A stretch of DNA of 64,000 nucleotides from an uncultured Acidobacteriaceae bacterium (GCA_963763905.1 CAVXRU010000037.1:9998-73997), one strand, 5' to 3'; positions 1 through 10,680 are shown, numbered from the stretch's first letter. The notes: generated by a model not told the origin, from the letters alone. Program-made: numbers and translations.

Positions 1-123
1 CGTCACATGGATGAGCGGGTAATCACGTTCCGCATCCTCAACCACAGTGACAATTGACAGAGCCTGCGTCCATGCATGGGTCCCCCCAAGAAGCGCCATA
101 GCGCAAGCTATCTGGAGCACCAT
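1..123 (-). CDS. partial CDS (first 41 codons, continues past left edge); unknown protein with signal-like N-terminus
   Basis: ATG at 123-121 sits 4 nt after the PadR stop (128-130) and the frame stays open to nt 1. Translation: MVLQIACAMALLGGTHAWTQALSIVTVVEDAERDYPLIHVT. Too short for the ORF track. Confidence 0.3.
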   Translation of the reverse strand, partial: MVLQIACAMALLGGTHAWTQALSIVTVVEDAERDYPLIHVT

Positions 124-127
124 GCGG

Positions 128-505
128 CTATTTCTCTTCAATCAGCTCTCCAAAAAGCTCCCGTACCCGCTGTCTTGCTTTCCTGAGGGCCCGGCGTCCG
201 GAGGCTGTAATGTTGTAAACGCGCCGCACGCTCTTTCCCGATCGTTCCTGGCTGGACCGTAGATAACCGCGCTGCTCGAGTCCATGAAGAATCGGATACA
301 TAGTTCCTGGGCTGATCTTGTATCCATGACGAGCCAATTCTTCGGCCATTCCCGCGCCAAAGATCAGCTCCTTGTCCGCATGGTGCAGAATGTGGAGCCG
401 GATCATCCCGGAATAGAGATCGCGATCATCGTCCATCATTGGCGGTCGTTCTTTAAAAAACCCCATAAACCTAGTTAACCTCGGAGAGGCCCTGGATTTC
501 TTCAC
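128..505 (-). CDS. PadR-family winged-helix transcriptional regulator
   Basis: 125-aa ORF with a PadR-type helix/wing: GYKISPGTMYPILHGLEQRGYLRS...RRVYNITASGRRAL. The true start may be M14 or M23. Confidence 0.85.
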   Translation of the reverse strand: MKKSRASPRLTRFMGFFKERPPMMDDDRDLYSGMIRLHILHHADKELIFGAGMAEELARHGYKISPGTMYPILHGLEQRGYLRSSQERSGKSVRRVYNITASGRRALRKARQRVRELFGELIEEK

Positions 506-649
506 TTTTTTGTCATTGTTGGCCTTCGCACTACTTATCGAATCACGTTATCGGAATACGATATCGTAAGCTGCATTAAGAAAGCGTGAAGACTCCTTCG
601 CCGAACGTGGGCACCGTGAAGAGTTTTAGTCTCTGATCGTTGGCTTGCT

Positions 650-1075
650 ACGCCTAAGGAGGGTGTGAGCACCGGAAAAAGAAACCACAGGTCCCTCCAC
701 TACGCTTCGCTCTGTCGCTGGGGACAAGTTTTTCGCGCTCAAGCTCTTGCGGGCACCACAGAATTGTCATCCCGACCGGAGCGAAGCGCAGCGGAGGGAT
801 CTGCAGTCTTCGCAGCGTAGCCGCTCCTAATTCCGTCCATCCAAGTCGCCGCCCTTTGCGAAAAGTAACCGCCCTTCCCTTGTCATCCCGAGCGGACCCG
901 GAATTCCTACTTCGCAATGCTAGCAACGACCACGTGCGCGGCTCTCCGTAGAGAGAGCCGCATGCCATGGATCAACGCCACCGATCTCTACAGGAAATTC
1001 GGGGGAGCGTAGTGGAGAGCCTGCCCTGAGCGAAGTCGAATGGGGACCTGCGGTTTCCTTTCCGCGTATCACAAG
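650..1075. repeat. cluster of REP-like intergenic repeats (nested inverted copies)
   Basis: GGAAAAAGAAACCACAGGTCCC (674-695) is the inverted partner of GGGGACCTGCGGTTTCCTTTCC (1042-1063). TCCACTACGCTT (695-706) pairs with GAGCGTAGTGGA (1005-1016). GTCATCCCGA(C/G)CGGA occurs twice (766-780, 882-896). The 104-aa ORF here reads through the repeats. Confidence 0.6.
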
Positions 1076-2680
1076 TTACGTGGCGACTACCTCATACGGC
1101 CGCATCATCTCGTTGTCCTCATGCTCCAGGATGTGGCAATGCCACACGTAACGGCCGGTGAAACCTTCGAAGGGGATGATGATGCGCGTGATCACTCCCG
1201 GATCGGCGCGCACCGTATCCTTCCAGCCGCTCTCGCTCGCTGCCGGCGGAATCGCGGGCCCGGTAAAGCGGATGGTCCCCTTGTCCTGGAACTCAAATGT
1301 ATCCAGGGGCCGGCGGTCGAGGATCTGAAACCTGACCAGGTGCAGGTGAATGGGATGCGCATCCTCTGTCAGGTTGACCAGCTCCCAAATCTCCGTGGTG
1401 TTGAGCACCGGCTTCTCGGTAACCGGCATGTGCCACGGAGTATTGTTCAACAGCATGCCCGTCGACTGTTTCACCAGATCCATGCGCTCATCGAGAGTAA
1501 GCCGTCGCGTCCTGACCGCCTGGCTCTCAGGGATCCTGGAAAACGACCGCAGCACCGGCGGCAGAGACGAGGTATCCGGGGCCCCCTTGGCCGCGACCCG
1601 GAACTGCATGATTTCGAACGCATCGCTGCGCAGCAAAATGTTTTCCCCCGCATGCGGGGCAAAATCGAAAACCAAATCAACTCGTTCTGCGGGAGCCATC
1701 ACCACCCTTTGCCCAACTACTGGTGCAGGCAGATACCCCTGCTCGGTGCCGATCTGCTGAAAGCTAAGTAGCTTGCCGAACGAAAAGCGGTAGAAGCGGC
1801 CGTTGGAACCGTTCATCAACCGGAAGCGATATTTGCGCGGTTCCACCTCAAGGGAAGGGAACAGCTTCCCATTCACCAGGATGGCGTTGCCAAACACCTC
1901 GGGAACCCAGGGCGCATCCTTCTTAGGGGAAACGGGATACTCAAGCTGGCCGTCGGGCAAAAGAAAACGGTCGTAGACCAGCAACGGTATCTCGTATTTG
2001 CCTCGGGGAAGTTCGAGTGCGTCTTCCGCTTCGTCACGGATGAAATACATGCCCTGCAGTCCGGCATAGATATTCAGCCGATTAATGCCCATGGTGTGGT
2101 CGTGGTAAAAAAGCGTCGCGGCATCCTGGCGGTTGGGGTAGTGGAAGGTCGCTGACTTCCCCGGGACAGACCAGTGTTCGGGGTAGCCATCGCTGGAAGG
2201 TGGGGTTTTGCCGCCATGCAGGTGAATGACGGTGCGTACCTCAGGCAGGTTCGCTTCTGCGCCGTGCAGAGTGTGGTCGATAGGAAGAAAGTGGCGCTGA
2301 GGCAGTTCGTTCACCCATTCCACAATCAACCCATGGCTGCTACGGGTCTCGAAGGTGGGTCCGGGAGAGCAGGAGCCAAACCCCCACATGCGTGTCGCAG
2401 GCAAATCCCGGTGGATCTTGCATTCCATCTCCCTCATCGCCATGCGGTAGTAGGGAAGTTTGAGTCCCGGATCGTCCGGGCTGGGGCGCATTCCGCTGGG
2501 TTGTGCGATCGGGGGAACAGGAAGTGGATCGACGTAAGGAGTCAGTGTGTCAGGGTCGAGCGTTGTCAGCTGGGGTTCGGCAGACGGCAATTTGCTGACG
2601 GATATCCCGGCAGCGAAGAGTCCGGTTCGCTCCAGGAACCTGCGGCGGGTAATCAATGAAAAGCCTCGCTCAAGCAACAT
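1076..2680 (-). CDS. multicopper oxidase (CotA/bilirubin-oxidase-like laccase), TAT-exported
   Basis: 534 aa. Twin-arginine signal ITRRRFLERTGLFAAG. All four copper-binding motifs are present: HLHGG, HDHTMG, HPIHLHL, WHCHILEHEDNEMM. Confidence 0.92.
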   Translation of the reverse strand: MLLERGFSLITRRRFLERTGLFAAGISVSKLPSAEPQLTTLDPDTLTPYVDPLPVPPIAQPSGMRPSPDDPGLKLPYYRMAMREMECKIHRDLPATRMWGFGSCSPGPTFETRSSHGLIVEWVNELPQRHFLPIDHTLHGAEANLPEVRTVIHLHGGKTPPSSDGYPEHWSVPGKSATFHYPNRQDAATLFYHDHTMGINRLNIYAGLQGMYFIRDEAEDALELPRGKYEIPLLVYDRFLLPDGQLEYPVSPKKDAPWVPEVFGNAILVNGKLFPSLEVEPRKYRFRLMNGSNGRFYRFSFGKLLSFQQIGTEQGYLPAPVVGQRVVMAPAERVDLVFDFAPHAGENILLRSDAFEIMQFRVAAKGAPDTSSLPPVLRSFSRIPESQAVRTRRLTLDERMDLVKQSTGMLLNNTPWHMPVTEKPVLNTTEIWELVNLTEDAHPIHLHLVRFQILDRRPLDTFEFQDKGTIRFTGPAIPPAASESGWKDTVRADPGVITRIIIPFEGFTGRYVWHCHILEHEDNEMMRPYEVVAT

Positions 2681-2689
2681 AAATCAAGA

Positions 2690-2715
2690 GGGCAAAGGGA
2701 CGAAGCCCTTTGCCC
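2690..2715 (-). terminator. hairpin downstream of the phosphoesterase gene (putative intrinsic terminator)
   Basis: GGGCAAAGGG (2690-2699), 6-nt loop, CCCTTTGCCC (2706-2715): a perfect 10-bp stem. It lies between the stop at 2741 and the oxidase start at 2680. On the minus strand it is followed by TCTTGATTTAT. Confidence 0.5.
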
Positions 2716-2740
2716 TGTCAAACAAACAGCAATGTGATGG

Positions 2741-4336
2741 TTATTTCGTAACCAAACCGGTTGAAGTCTCAAGAATGTAGGGCGTGGTGTCGGGGTTCTT
2801 GAACTCAAACATCGAGTTCAAGCGGCCCGCCAGGTTGTCGAAGGAGCCCGTGATCCGTTGGCCGCCCAGCCAGTTGTCCTCGATAAACCGCAGAATCGAG
2901 CTCTGGTCAGTTACCGTGTGATCGACATAGTTTTGCTTGGCGTAGGGTGAGATCACCAGAAGAGGAAGACGTGGACCATACCCGCAACGTCCTTGTGCTT
3001 TTTGGATGGTGACACCCGCAAGGGCGCCTTCTCCAGTCCCGCATTGGCCGGGGGCAGTGAGGGCGTCCATGGCAGTAGCGGATTGGTTCTCGATCGGACC
3101 CATCTGGTGGTCGTACCAGCCGTCAGAGTCATCGTAGGCGATGATCACTGCGGTATTCGCCCAGTCCTTCTGCTGCTGCAGTAGGTTGATGACAGTGACC
3201 ACGAACGTCTGCTCGTCCAGCGGATCGGAGTAGCCGGCGTGGCCATCCTGGTAGCCCGGCGCCTTAAGGAAGCTGACCGCGGGGAAGTTGCCGGCTTTGA
3301 TGGCGTCGTAGAAGTCGTGGATATCGTACTGATGGTTTGCAGGGTCGCCGTTGATGCCAACCGTGCTGGGTGAGGTCGGCCGGGTGTGCTTCGGGTTCTG
3401 GGTGGAGGTGTAGTACTGGAAAGGCTGATGGTGCGGGATGTAGTCGGCCTTGTCGGTCATCGTTACCACGGAAGTGGTGCTCCGCTTGCATCCAGTGGTT
3501 CCGTTAGCATTCTTAATCGTCAGGTCGAATCCGCCCTCGAAGAAGCCCCAGCTGATGCCGGCCGCATTGAGCAGGTCACCGACATTTTGTCCGCTGAGCG
3601 AAACCTGCGCCCCGGTGGTGGTGGAGCAAACGTCTCCGACCGGGTCCGCGTCGCTGACCAAGGTGTATCCGCCGCCGCCGTCTGACACCACGTCCCCAGT
3701 CGCGTTCACCTGGTCACTCACGCCGTTGGTTTGGCCTGAGATCAGGTTGATGGCGCCAGGAGTCGAAGGACCAAAGTTGGTGCCGAAAGAATTGTCACTC
3801 ATGGCAAACCGCTGGGCATAGTTCCAATACGCGGTGACGGTGTTGCCATCGTAGTAGCCCATCACGAGCCCAGTCGTCGGCTGGCCATTGGGCGGGGGAC
3901 CGGGTGTGCCTGTGTATTTGGGAAACGAATCCATCAACCCGCCGTGAAACGCCTGCTGTTCCGGCGTGTAGTCATGGTCCTGATCCGCGGTTGCGGCCTG
4001 GGTACGATCGAGGCGGAAGGGGTTGGTCGCTCCGTCTGCGTTAACCGTGTTCAGGGCATTCGGATTGTTGTAGAGCAACCCGTCGGTATAACCATTCACC
4101 GCGGGCGTTCCGGGCTTAGCTATAAAGCGCGGCTGTCCAGCAGGATTGAAGGCCTTTGGATAGGTGCCGAAATAGTGGTCGAATGAGACATTTTCCTGAT
4201 AAATGACGACGAGGTGCTTGATTGGTGTAGCGGTGCCCGATTGCGCCGCCGCGACGGTTGGATTTACAAGTGTCCCGGCGAACATCAACGAGGCTAACGA
4301 AGTTGCTACGAGCTTCTGCATCAGGGCTCCCTTCAA
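2741..4336 (-). CDS. secreted phosphoesterase-family protein (acid phosphatase AcpA / non-haemolytic phospholipase C type)
   Basis: 531 aa. Signal peptide MQKLVATSLASLMFAGTLVNPTVAAAQ. Family N-terminal signature IKHLVVIYQENVSFDHYFGTYP. The C-terminal part reads GYGPRLPLLVISPYAK. Confidence 0.85.
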   Translation of the reverse strand: MKGALMQKLVATSLASLMFAGTLVNPTVAAAQSGTATPIKHLVVIYQENVSFDHYFGTYPKAFNPAGQPRFIAKPGTPAVNGYTDGLLYNNPNALNTVNADGATNPFRLDRTQAATADQDHDYTPEQQAFHGGLMDSFPKYTGTPGPPPNGQPTTGLVMGYYDGNTVTAYWNYAQRFAMSDNSFGTNFGPSTPGAINLISGQTNGVSDQVNATGDVVSDGGGGYTLVSDADPVGDVCSTTTGAQVSLSGQNVGDLLNAAGISWGFFEGGFDLTIKNANGTTGCKRSTTSVVTMTDKADYIPHHQPFQYYTSTQNPKHTRPTSPSTVGINGDPANHQYDIHDFYDAIKAGNFPAVSFLKAPGYQDGHAGYSDPLDEQTFVVTVINLLQQQKDWANTAVIIAYDDSDGWYDHQMGPIENQSATAMDALTAPGQCGTGEGALAGVTIQKAQGRCGYGPRLPLLVISPYAKQNYVDHTVTDQSSILRFIEDNWLGGQRITGSFDNLAGRLNSMFEFKNPDTTPYILETSTGLVTK

Positions 4337-4526
4337 ATTGACACGGAGTCCAGCATTAATTCTGCTCTGTTAAAAATTAGTGATCAGGGAATAACAAGAT
4401 GTTAAATTCGGACGCCTCGCCCCGTATCGAGCAAGTTACTGTGCCGCGAAAAGATGGTCAGGATAGAAGAGAGGGCGAAGGAGCGCTGAGACGTGTTTTC
4501 ACGATCCGCACTCCGTTATCGGATTT

Positions 4527-5360
4527 TTAGCTCAGGTGGAAGCCTTTGAGTCCGGTTAATTGCAGGAAGGTGAGCCAGGTGAACCTCGGATTGTTCAGCA
4601 GGTAGCGGCGCCACAAGCGGCCGGGCTCCTTCATCAACCGGTACAGCCACTGCAATCCAGCGTTCTTCATCCAATCCGGCGCTTCACTCAGGTTCCCGCT
4701 GAGCAGGTCGAAGGCCGCACCGACACCGACCATCAACTTCACAGGCATACGTTGGCAATAAGCAGCCATAAACCGCTCTTGCTTAGGCGTGCTTAGCCCG
4801 CACCAGAGAACATCTGCCTGACAGGCCTGAAGCTGGCAGCGGAGATCATCCTCTTCCTCCGGGCTCAGCGGACGAAACGGGGGCGTGTAGGTACCGACGA
4901 TTTGCAACCCCGGGAACTTTCGGGTCAGAGCAGCTTGCAATTCCTGAGCCACGCCCGGCTTCCCGCCATAGAGGAAGTGCCGGTATCCCCGGGTCACGGA
5001 ACGTTCGCACACACCAAGCATGTAATCGGGCCCGTACACGCGGCTCATTTGTTTAAAACCCTGCATGCGGCCGAGCCAAACTGTCGGCATGCCGTCCGGC
5101 GTGGTCAGAAAGGAACGATTGAGAATATCGCGGAACCCCTCGTCCGATTGCGCTTCCATGATCCCGTGCACGCCGGTTACGCAGATATAGCCTTGCTTGC
5201 CCCGATCGAGAAGTTGCTCAGTTTCGCGCAGAGCAGTCTCCATGTTCAGAGCACTCACGCCCACCCCGAGAATATTCACCCGCGCGCTTTCAGGAGACGT
5301 CGGGGACAAGATGGGACGCAAATACTGATCTGTTGCTGAACTCACGAGAGAGCCCTCCAA
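4527..5360 (-). CDS. WecB/TagA/CpsF-family glycosyltransferase (GT26)
   Basis: 277 aa with VNILGVGVSALNMETALRETEQLL, TPDGMPTVWLGR, YGGKPGVAQE and VGVGAAFD, typical of the WecG/TagA family. Confidence 0.85.
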   Translation of the reverse strand: MEGSLVSSATDQYLRPILSPTSPESARVNILGVGVSALNMETALRETEQLLDRGKQGYICVTGVHGIMEAQSDEGFRDILNRSFLTTPDGMPTVWLGRMQGFKQMSRVYGPDYMLGVCERSVTRGYRHFLYGGKPGVAQELQAALTRKFPGLQIVGTYTPPFRPLSPEEEDDLRCQLQACQADVLWCGLSTPKQERFMAAYCQRMPVKLMVGVGAAFDLLSGNLSEAPDWMKNAGLQWLYRLMKEPGRLWRRYLLNNPRFTWLTFLQLTGLKGFHLS

Positions 5361-5502
5361 CTGCCTAGATTGAACTCAAAGTATAAGGGTCACTGTACAA
5401 ACGGCGCCGTTTGCCACCCCCAAAAACAAGTCGTTTGGGTAATCCTTTAGAGAGTTCCCAAGGTAACACAGTAACCACATCCAAGTGAAACAATGAACGT
5501 CT

Positions 5503-6420
5503 TCAACGCCTACCATTGATCGGGTCGTCCGCGTTACCGGCAATATCAAAGTCCTGCTTCGCAGGATCAACGTTTGGACTGATTGGGCCGCCGGGACCCA
5601 CCCCGCCGGTAGCTGAAACACTCTGCTTGCCGGATACCGCCATCAACCGAACGGTGTCAACTACTGTCGCCGTGACTGTGTGCGAGCCGCTCGCTAAGCC
5701 TGCGGCCCCGTAATTCATAGTATAAGGCCCAACGCCCACAACCGCAGATACAAATCGTCCGTCAACGCCAAATAATACACCCTGCGTCCCAAATTCGACC
5801 GTTTCTACGGTGGCAGTGGCGGTCAAAAACGCCGCCTGTGTTGGTCACCGGTCCCAAAGAAACGGCCAGCGAGCGCAGGCCTTAGTCACAATTGCCACCG
5901 ATCCGGTTGCGCAGGTAGGCAGTAATGCTCTTACCATTGGAATCACCGAAATACACCGTTTTTGCCCGCGACGGAGTTATGAGGCAGGTGTAATTATCTT
6001 GCATCGAGCCGCCGACCGTACCCCCCGAACGCGTACCCCGCGGTTGGCCATTGAGACATCACCGTGTTGTTGTAAATCTTCATGTCACGGGCGCCAACTT
6101 CGATGCCGATCCCGACGTATTCGTTGTTATTGACTACTCCTTTAAATAGATTGTTATACCAAACTACCCTGCCCATGGGGATAGATGTATAGACGCTACT
6201 TCCTGGTTGTTTGGCTTGTGCAAAAGGTGCGGATAGGCCGAATGTCTTTGCCTCGGGATAGGGGCCACCCGCGTTGACATCGTAATTGTCGCAGACTGAA
6301 AGTTGTCAATCCCGGCGCTGTAGGTTGCGTTGCCACACCCGTTCCGGTATTGATCTCCATAAACATCCGATGCGAATCAGAGAAGTTGCGGTGAATCAAT
6401 ACGTTCTCGGCCTGAAACTG
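5503..6420 (-). pseudogene. frameshifted gene for a parallel-beta-helix protein with C-terminal Ig-like domain
   Basis: ORF pieces 6196-6399, 5994-6176 (open upstream to about 6290) and 5503-5826 lie in three frames but read on as one protein. Pieces: QFQAENVLIHRNFSD / NYDVNAGGPYPEAKTFGLSAPFAQAKQPGSSVYTSIPMGRVVWYNNLFKGVVNNNEYVGIGIEVGARDMKIYNNTV / GSHTVTATVVDTV. Confidence 0.5.
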
Positions 6421-6431
6421 CGTTTACGGCA

Positions 6432-6884
6432 TCAGACAGGTCGATGGTCGCGCCCTGAGCCGCGACCGCCGCCGGCCCTGCGTACTGAGCGAGCTAAATC
6501 CCGAGATCTGTCCGGTGCGCTGGATGCTCGCGGCTTGGTTGGCCGAAGCCGCGCCGCTGCCGGTGACAATTGCATCGATGAACTGCTGCAAATTGCCGTA
6601 TGTGCTGGCTGGTTGAGTGAAGGAATCCAGAACTGCTGTCCCATATTCGTGTTAGCCCGAATAAGAGACGACGACGCGGTCGCCATCCGCTGCGCGAGGT
6701 TGTACGCCACGATGACCTTCTGCGTCGTCTTGAGCGCAGTGGTATAGAGTTGGTCGGCCTGGAGAATCTGTTGTGCCGCATGTACCGATTGGGTGGGGTC
6801 GTAGACGATGCCGGAACCGAACTGCGCATTCGCAGGGACAATGGCGGCAACGGCTAGCATCGTGGTGAGGAACAATCCATTCAT
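6432..6884 (-). pseudogene. frameshifted gene for a secreted protein with TrbJ/VirB5-like N-terminus (tentative)
   Basis: Signal peptide MNGLFLTTMLAVAAIVPANAQ, then FGSGIVYDPTQSVHAAQQILQADQLYTTALKTTQKVIVAYNLAQRM, which resembles the IVFDPSNYAQN...Q start of P-type TrbJ. After about residue 95 the protein-like reading (TYGNLQQFIDAIVTGSGAASANQAASIQRTGQISGF) moves to another frame. Confidence 0.3.
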
Positions 6885-6922
6885 GGTTGGTCTCCTTGTC
6901 GGGTTCTGCGGTGGTTGATGGT

Positions 6923-7471
6923 TCAGACGGCTATGGGACTCGGCGGCTCACTGTTTCTACAAGCCAAGGAGCTTACATCAGGTCGTCCCACCTGACGCAT
7001 GTAGGGCGACAGGGGCCATACCGCGCCGATCGTCGTTACCTCATTGATTGGGCAACTCGTCGAAGACGACAAACCATTACAGGGACCGAGCATGGTCATT
7101 AACGCAATGGCCTGGTTCTCAGTGGCTGGCCCGGGGACAGGAGTACCTCCACTCGCACCCAGAATAAAGCTGCGACGTAGGGGAGGGCATGAGTATGCTT
7201 CTGCAATCCTGAAGTTGCCATTGGTATCCGTCAACACGGGTTGCGTCAAAAGCGCCGACGCAGCAGAAGCTATCCTTTTGGTTCCCAAGGAACAGAGCTG
7301 AATCGTCGCATTCCTTATCTACCACTGCTCGCTTCCGACATGACCCTGAATGGGCACCCCGCTGTCCAAAGCCGCGGTTGTGCCGGTTGGGCCGTCGAAA
7401 GAAGCTGGATCATTAACCGTGAGACCGCAACCAGCCTGCATGAGCAGTAACAGTGACAAAAGAGCGCTCAT
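6923..7471 (-). pseudogene. frameshifted lipoprotein gene, unknown function
   Basis: ATG at 7471 gives MSALLSLLLLMQAGCGL (lipobox), then a stop after 50 aa. The reading continues in the frame of ORF 6923-7288: VLTDTNGNFRIAEAYSCP...INEVTTIGAVWPLSPYM. Confidence 0.4.
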
Positions 7472-7718
7472 GGTAAGTGACTCGCATAAAAACTTGACCC
7501 GGCATTGGCCATACACCAAAGGTGCCCGCGGACCCGTTAGTGAATGCAACCGAACCGCGCGTCCCGCCTCGTCAAGCACAGGCAATGCACGCGGCCGGTA
7601 ACCCAGCGCAGCGATCACCGGAGCGACTGCAATTCCTTGACAGCGAGCGAAAGGTGCGGTGGTGTAGGGCGAGCCATGGGTATCTTCATGCTGGCATGAC
7701 CTGAGGCACACCTGCGTA

Positions 7719-8609
7719 TTGTTCATGAGTCGACCAGGACTCCTCGTGCTCTTGCTGGCGCGGCGTGCTGACCCGGATCGCATCGCCAGGCTGCGAACGA
7801 TAAGCAGTTTCGGTTTTGGCGCGCCGCGCTCGGCTACCTTGCCCGGCTTGAACGCCAAGCTGAGCGAAGTAGGCGCGCTGCTGTGCGAGCTAAAGTTGGC
7901 CGATTACGACTGCATCAGCCGGCACCGTGCCGCATCGCTCGACTACTACCGCGGTCTGTTGCCGGAACTCGAGTTTCAGCAGCGCACACCCGGCATACAG
8001 GCGCACCAGTTCACGCCGGCCCTGCTGCCCGCGTCACATAAAACGAAACGTGCGGCAATCCGTGCGCAATTGGTGGATCGTGGCATCGGCACCGGTGCGT
8101 ACTTCAGCCCTCGTTTGATGGAGCAGCCATACTTCCGCGATCGTTGTGTGGCCGGCCCATTCCCGGCGTGCGCCGAGGTTGCGGCGAGAGTGATTAGTCT
8201 GCCGCTGTTCGACAGCATGACGCACGACGAAGTCGAGTATTACGTATTCGTCGAGTACGACTGTGTCGTGCAATGCTCGATTCAGGAATTTGTCCGCCGC
8301 GCCGCTGCCCAGCGCGCCGATCTGGTGGCGTTGCCCATCGTGCAATCGTTTGACACCAGGCACTGGTGGGCATACGAGAACGACGTCTACCGCCGGGGCG
8401 AAGTCAAACTGGCAGTGCTTAACGTGACTCTGCACTCTGCGGCCGCACTTCGGCTATTACATCAATGCCGGCTCGCTGTGGCAGATGCCTCTTCCTGTGG
8501 CTGGCCCAGCAGTGAAGCGTTTGCGCCGACCGAGACAACGCGGGCAGGCTTGAACTGGTTATCGCTGGCAGACTTCGGCGATGTTCGCGTTGCGACTGGT
8601 TCCCGCTGA
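7719..8609 (+). pseudogene. chimeric ORF: C-terminal part of a DegT/DnrJ/EryC1-type sugar aminotransferase (about 7839-8244) fused to unrelated sequence
   Basis: LPGLNAKLSEVGALL...LVDRGIGTGAYFSPRLMEQPYFRD...AEVAARVISLPLFDSMTHDEV matches only the last third of DegT-family enzymes. The PLP-lysine N-terminal domain is missing. Confidence 0.55.
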
Positions 8610-10449
8610 CAGTGAAGATATCGGAAGGACCGCAGCGCGTTGGATGGAATCGGGCATGTCCACAAGCTGATCAACGCTGGGCATAGAGAAATTGCCGACG
8701 CGGACCACGGAACTCGCAATCGTTGCTCGTTCAGCTGCGGTTTAACAGCTTGGAAGCTACGACAAAGTGAGAACAGAACGGGAATAAGCCTATGGGCCAA
8801 ACAATTCGAAAGATGCTCGCTGCCTGCCACCCTGGACACAAACTGGGATGCGTCGTGGCCAACGCTGCGTCGGGCAAACCGTACTGGCCTGAACCCGCCA
8901 ACAAAATTACGCGAGCTGGTAAACCATGCAGGGACAGCGAATAGGCTAGCCCGGGAAATGAGGCAAAACGCTGTAGGGATTTTTGTAGGGATACTGCTTA
9001 AAAAAAAGCGGGTAGTAGTCGGTAATCCCTACAATTCGACCCAGTGCAATTCCCGGCAAACCGCTGAAACTAAGCAATCATGAGCGATGCTGCTCTGAGC
9101 AAATTTCTATATGTGTCCTATGACCATGACGGGTGACCCCGGCTGGTGCGGCCGTTATTGGTCGCAATGCAGGAGAGAGTTTTCCATGCCGCAGGTAAAA
9201 AACGAGGGTGCGCGGCCGAGCGGATCGTGATAGGTATCGATCGACTGTCTGTCATCGATGTCCGCCCAGCACACTGATACGCTGCGCCAAGCTCCGGGCC
9301 AGACCGCTAGTGGATCCTGGGCCGACACCTCGTGGCGCCTGTTACCCGGGCCTCACAAGATGACAGAGGGGTGGAGGTTCCCTCTGCGGCGTAACGCCCG
9401 CCGCTATTCGCTTGCGTCGTTGGACGAACCCAAGCACTTCATCCCCATCCCGAACCGATGCTGAACAACGACCTGCCAGAGAACAACATTGCGCGCCCAG
9501 TGGAAGAAAGAACTCGGTCGACGGGTATTGGGCGGGACAACATTCTCGGCAGGAAAATTCGACGTGATCTGCCACCGGACCCAGCGGTGCTATCAGTCGC
9601 CAACGAGTGATAGTGGAATTCCCACGGCACCAGAGAATTCTATGCCCGCGGTGCACCAAAGCCGCCGACTAAAGATGGAGCCTTACCATCAGCTTGATCG
9701 GGGCAACGGTTGCCGTAGGTCTCCTCCGGCTCTCGGCTGGCCGGGTGGAACAATTCGGTCTTCGTGGTCTTCAACGACCCGTTTGGGTGACATGAACGCA
9801 CCACAAAGTCGCACTTGGGTTGCTCTTCAGTTGGTTTAGAATCAAATTGTGGGCGAATTGTGAAGGTCGCAACGGAGCTGTTTGTGAGTTGGAGTCGTCG
9901 CCAACGTTTCTCTCACCGGGAAGGCATTTGGTCGTGGCCATGTCCGGTCCTACTGAACAGAAGCTCGGCCATGTCGGGCCCTATTGAACAGCGAATCAGC
10001 GTAATCGTGCCTTTGTGGGTGACCTATTAGGTTTACGAAGGTTTTTCTTGCCAGAGACAGCGTAGATGAGATCATATGTCACAATCAGGGTTCCGTTCTG
10101 TGGCGCGTGAAAACGCCACAAGCGAAACCAGGGCAAGCCAAAGGACAGCACGGCACGCACATTATTGTGCTGCTCCGGGATTCCCCCACGTTATCGGTCA
10201 GAAGTCCTGCTCTGCAATTGCTGTTGGACGGGACAAGGATGCCACTTCTCGTGATTGCGAACTGAAGAGTGAAGATAGTTGCGTTGGCTGGGCTGGAAAT
10301 CGAGCATGACAGTAGTGTACGGAACACAGGGCCAAGACCTTGGGGTCGAATCTACGTCCCCGGATAAATCGGCTTTACCCTCCTGCTTAAATGTCGGCGC
10401 CGGACGGGGTAGTCTCGCGCCGTTGTTTGAAAAGCGCCAATCTCTCGCC

Positions 10450-10680
10450 TTTCTGCCAGAGTCTCTGGCATCGAGCCGAGCGACGCTGCGCCAGATGATG
10501 CTGGAGCGTGGCGTGGGAACGAGCACCTATTTCAGCCCACACTTGGCGGAGCAGCCTTTCTTTGCAAAGCATAGTATCCAGGGACCTTTACCCGTAACGG
10601 AGAGCCTTGGCGCGTGTTGCGGCCGAGTTAGAGAATCAAGAGGTAACGCAGCTCCTCATTGCCGATCGTTCCCAAAGGTC
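10450..10680 (+). pseudogene. second, shorter DegT-family C-terminal relic
   Basis: LRQMMLERGVGTSTYFSPHLAEQPFFAKHSIQGPLPVTESLGA parallels the fragment at 7839-8244. There is no N-terminal domain and the frame breaks near 10615. Confidence 0.45.

Noticed and set aside
654-968. 104-aa minus-strand ORF
   Set aside because: It lies entirely within the REP-like repeat cluster. The translation is the typical low-complexity read-through of such repeats, with no start context or family resemblance.
1040-1771. 243-aa and 136-aa plus-strand ORFs
   Set aside because: They are antisense to the well-supported multicopper oxidase gene. The Arg/Pro/Gly-rich composition is typical of shadow ORFs in GC-rich DNA.
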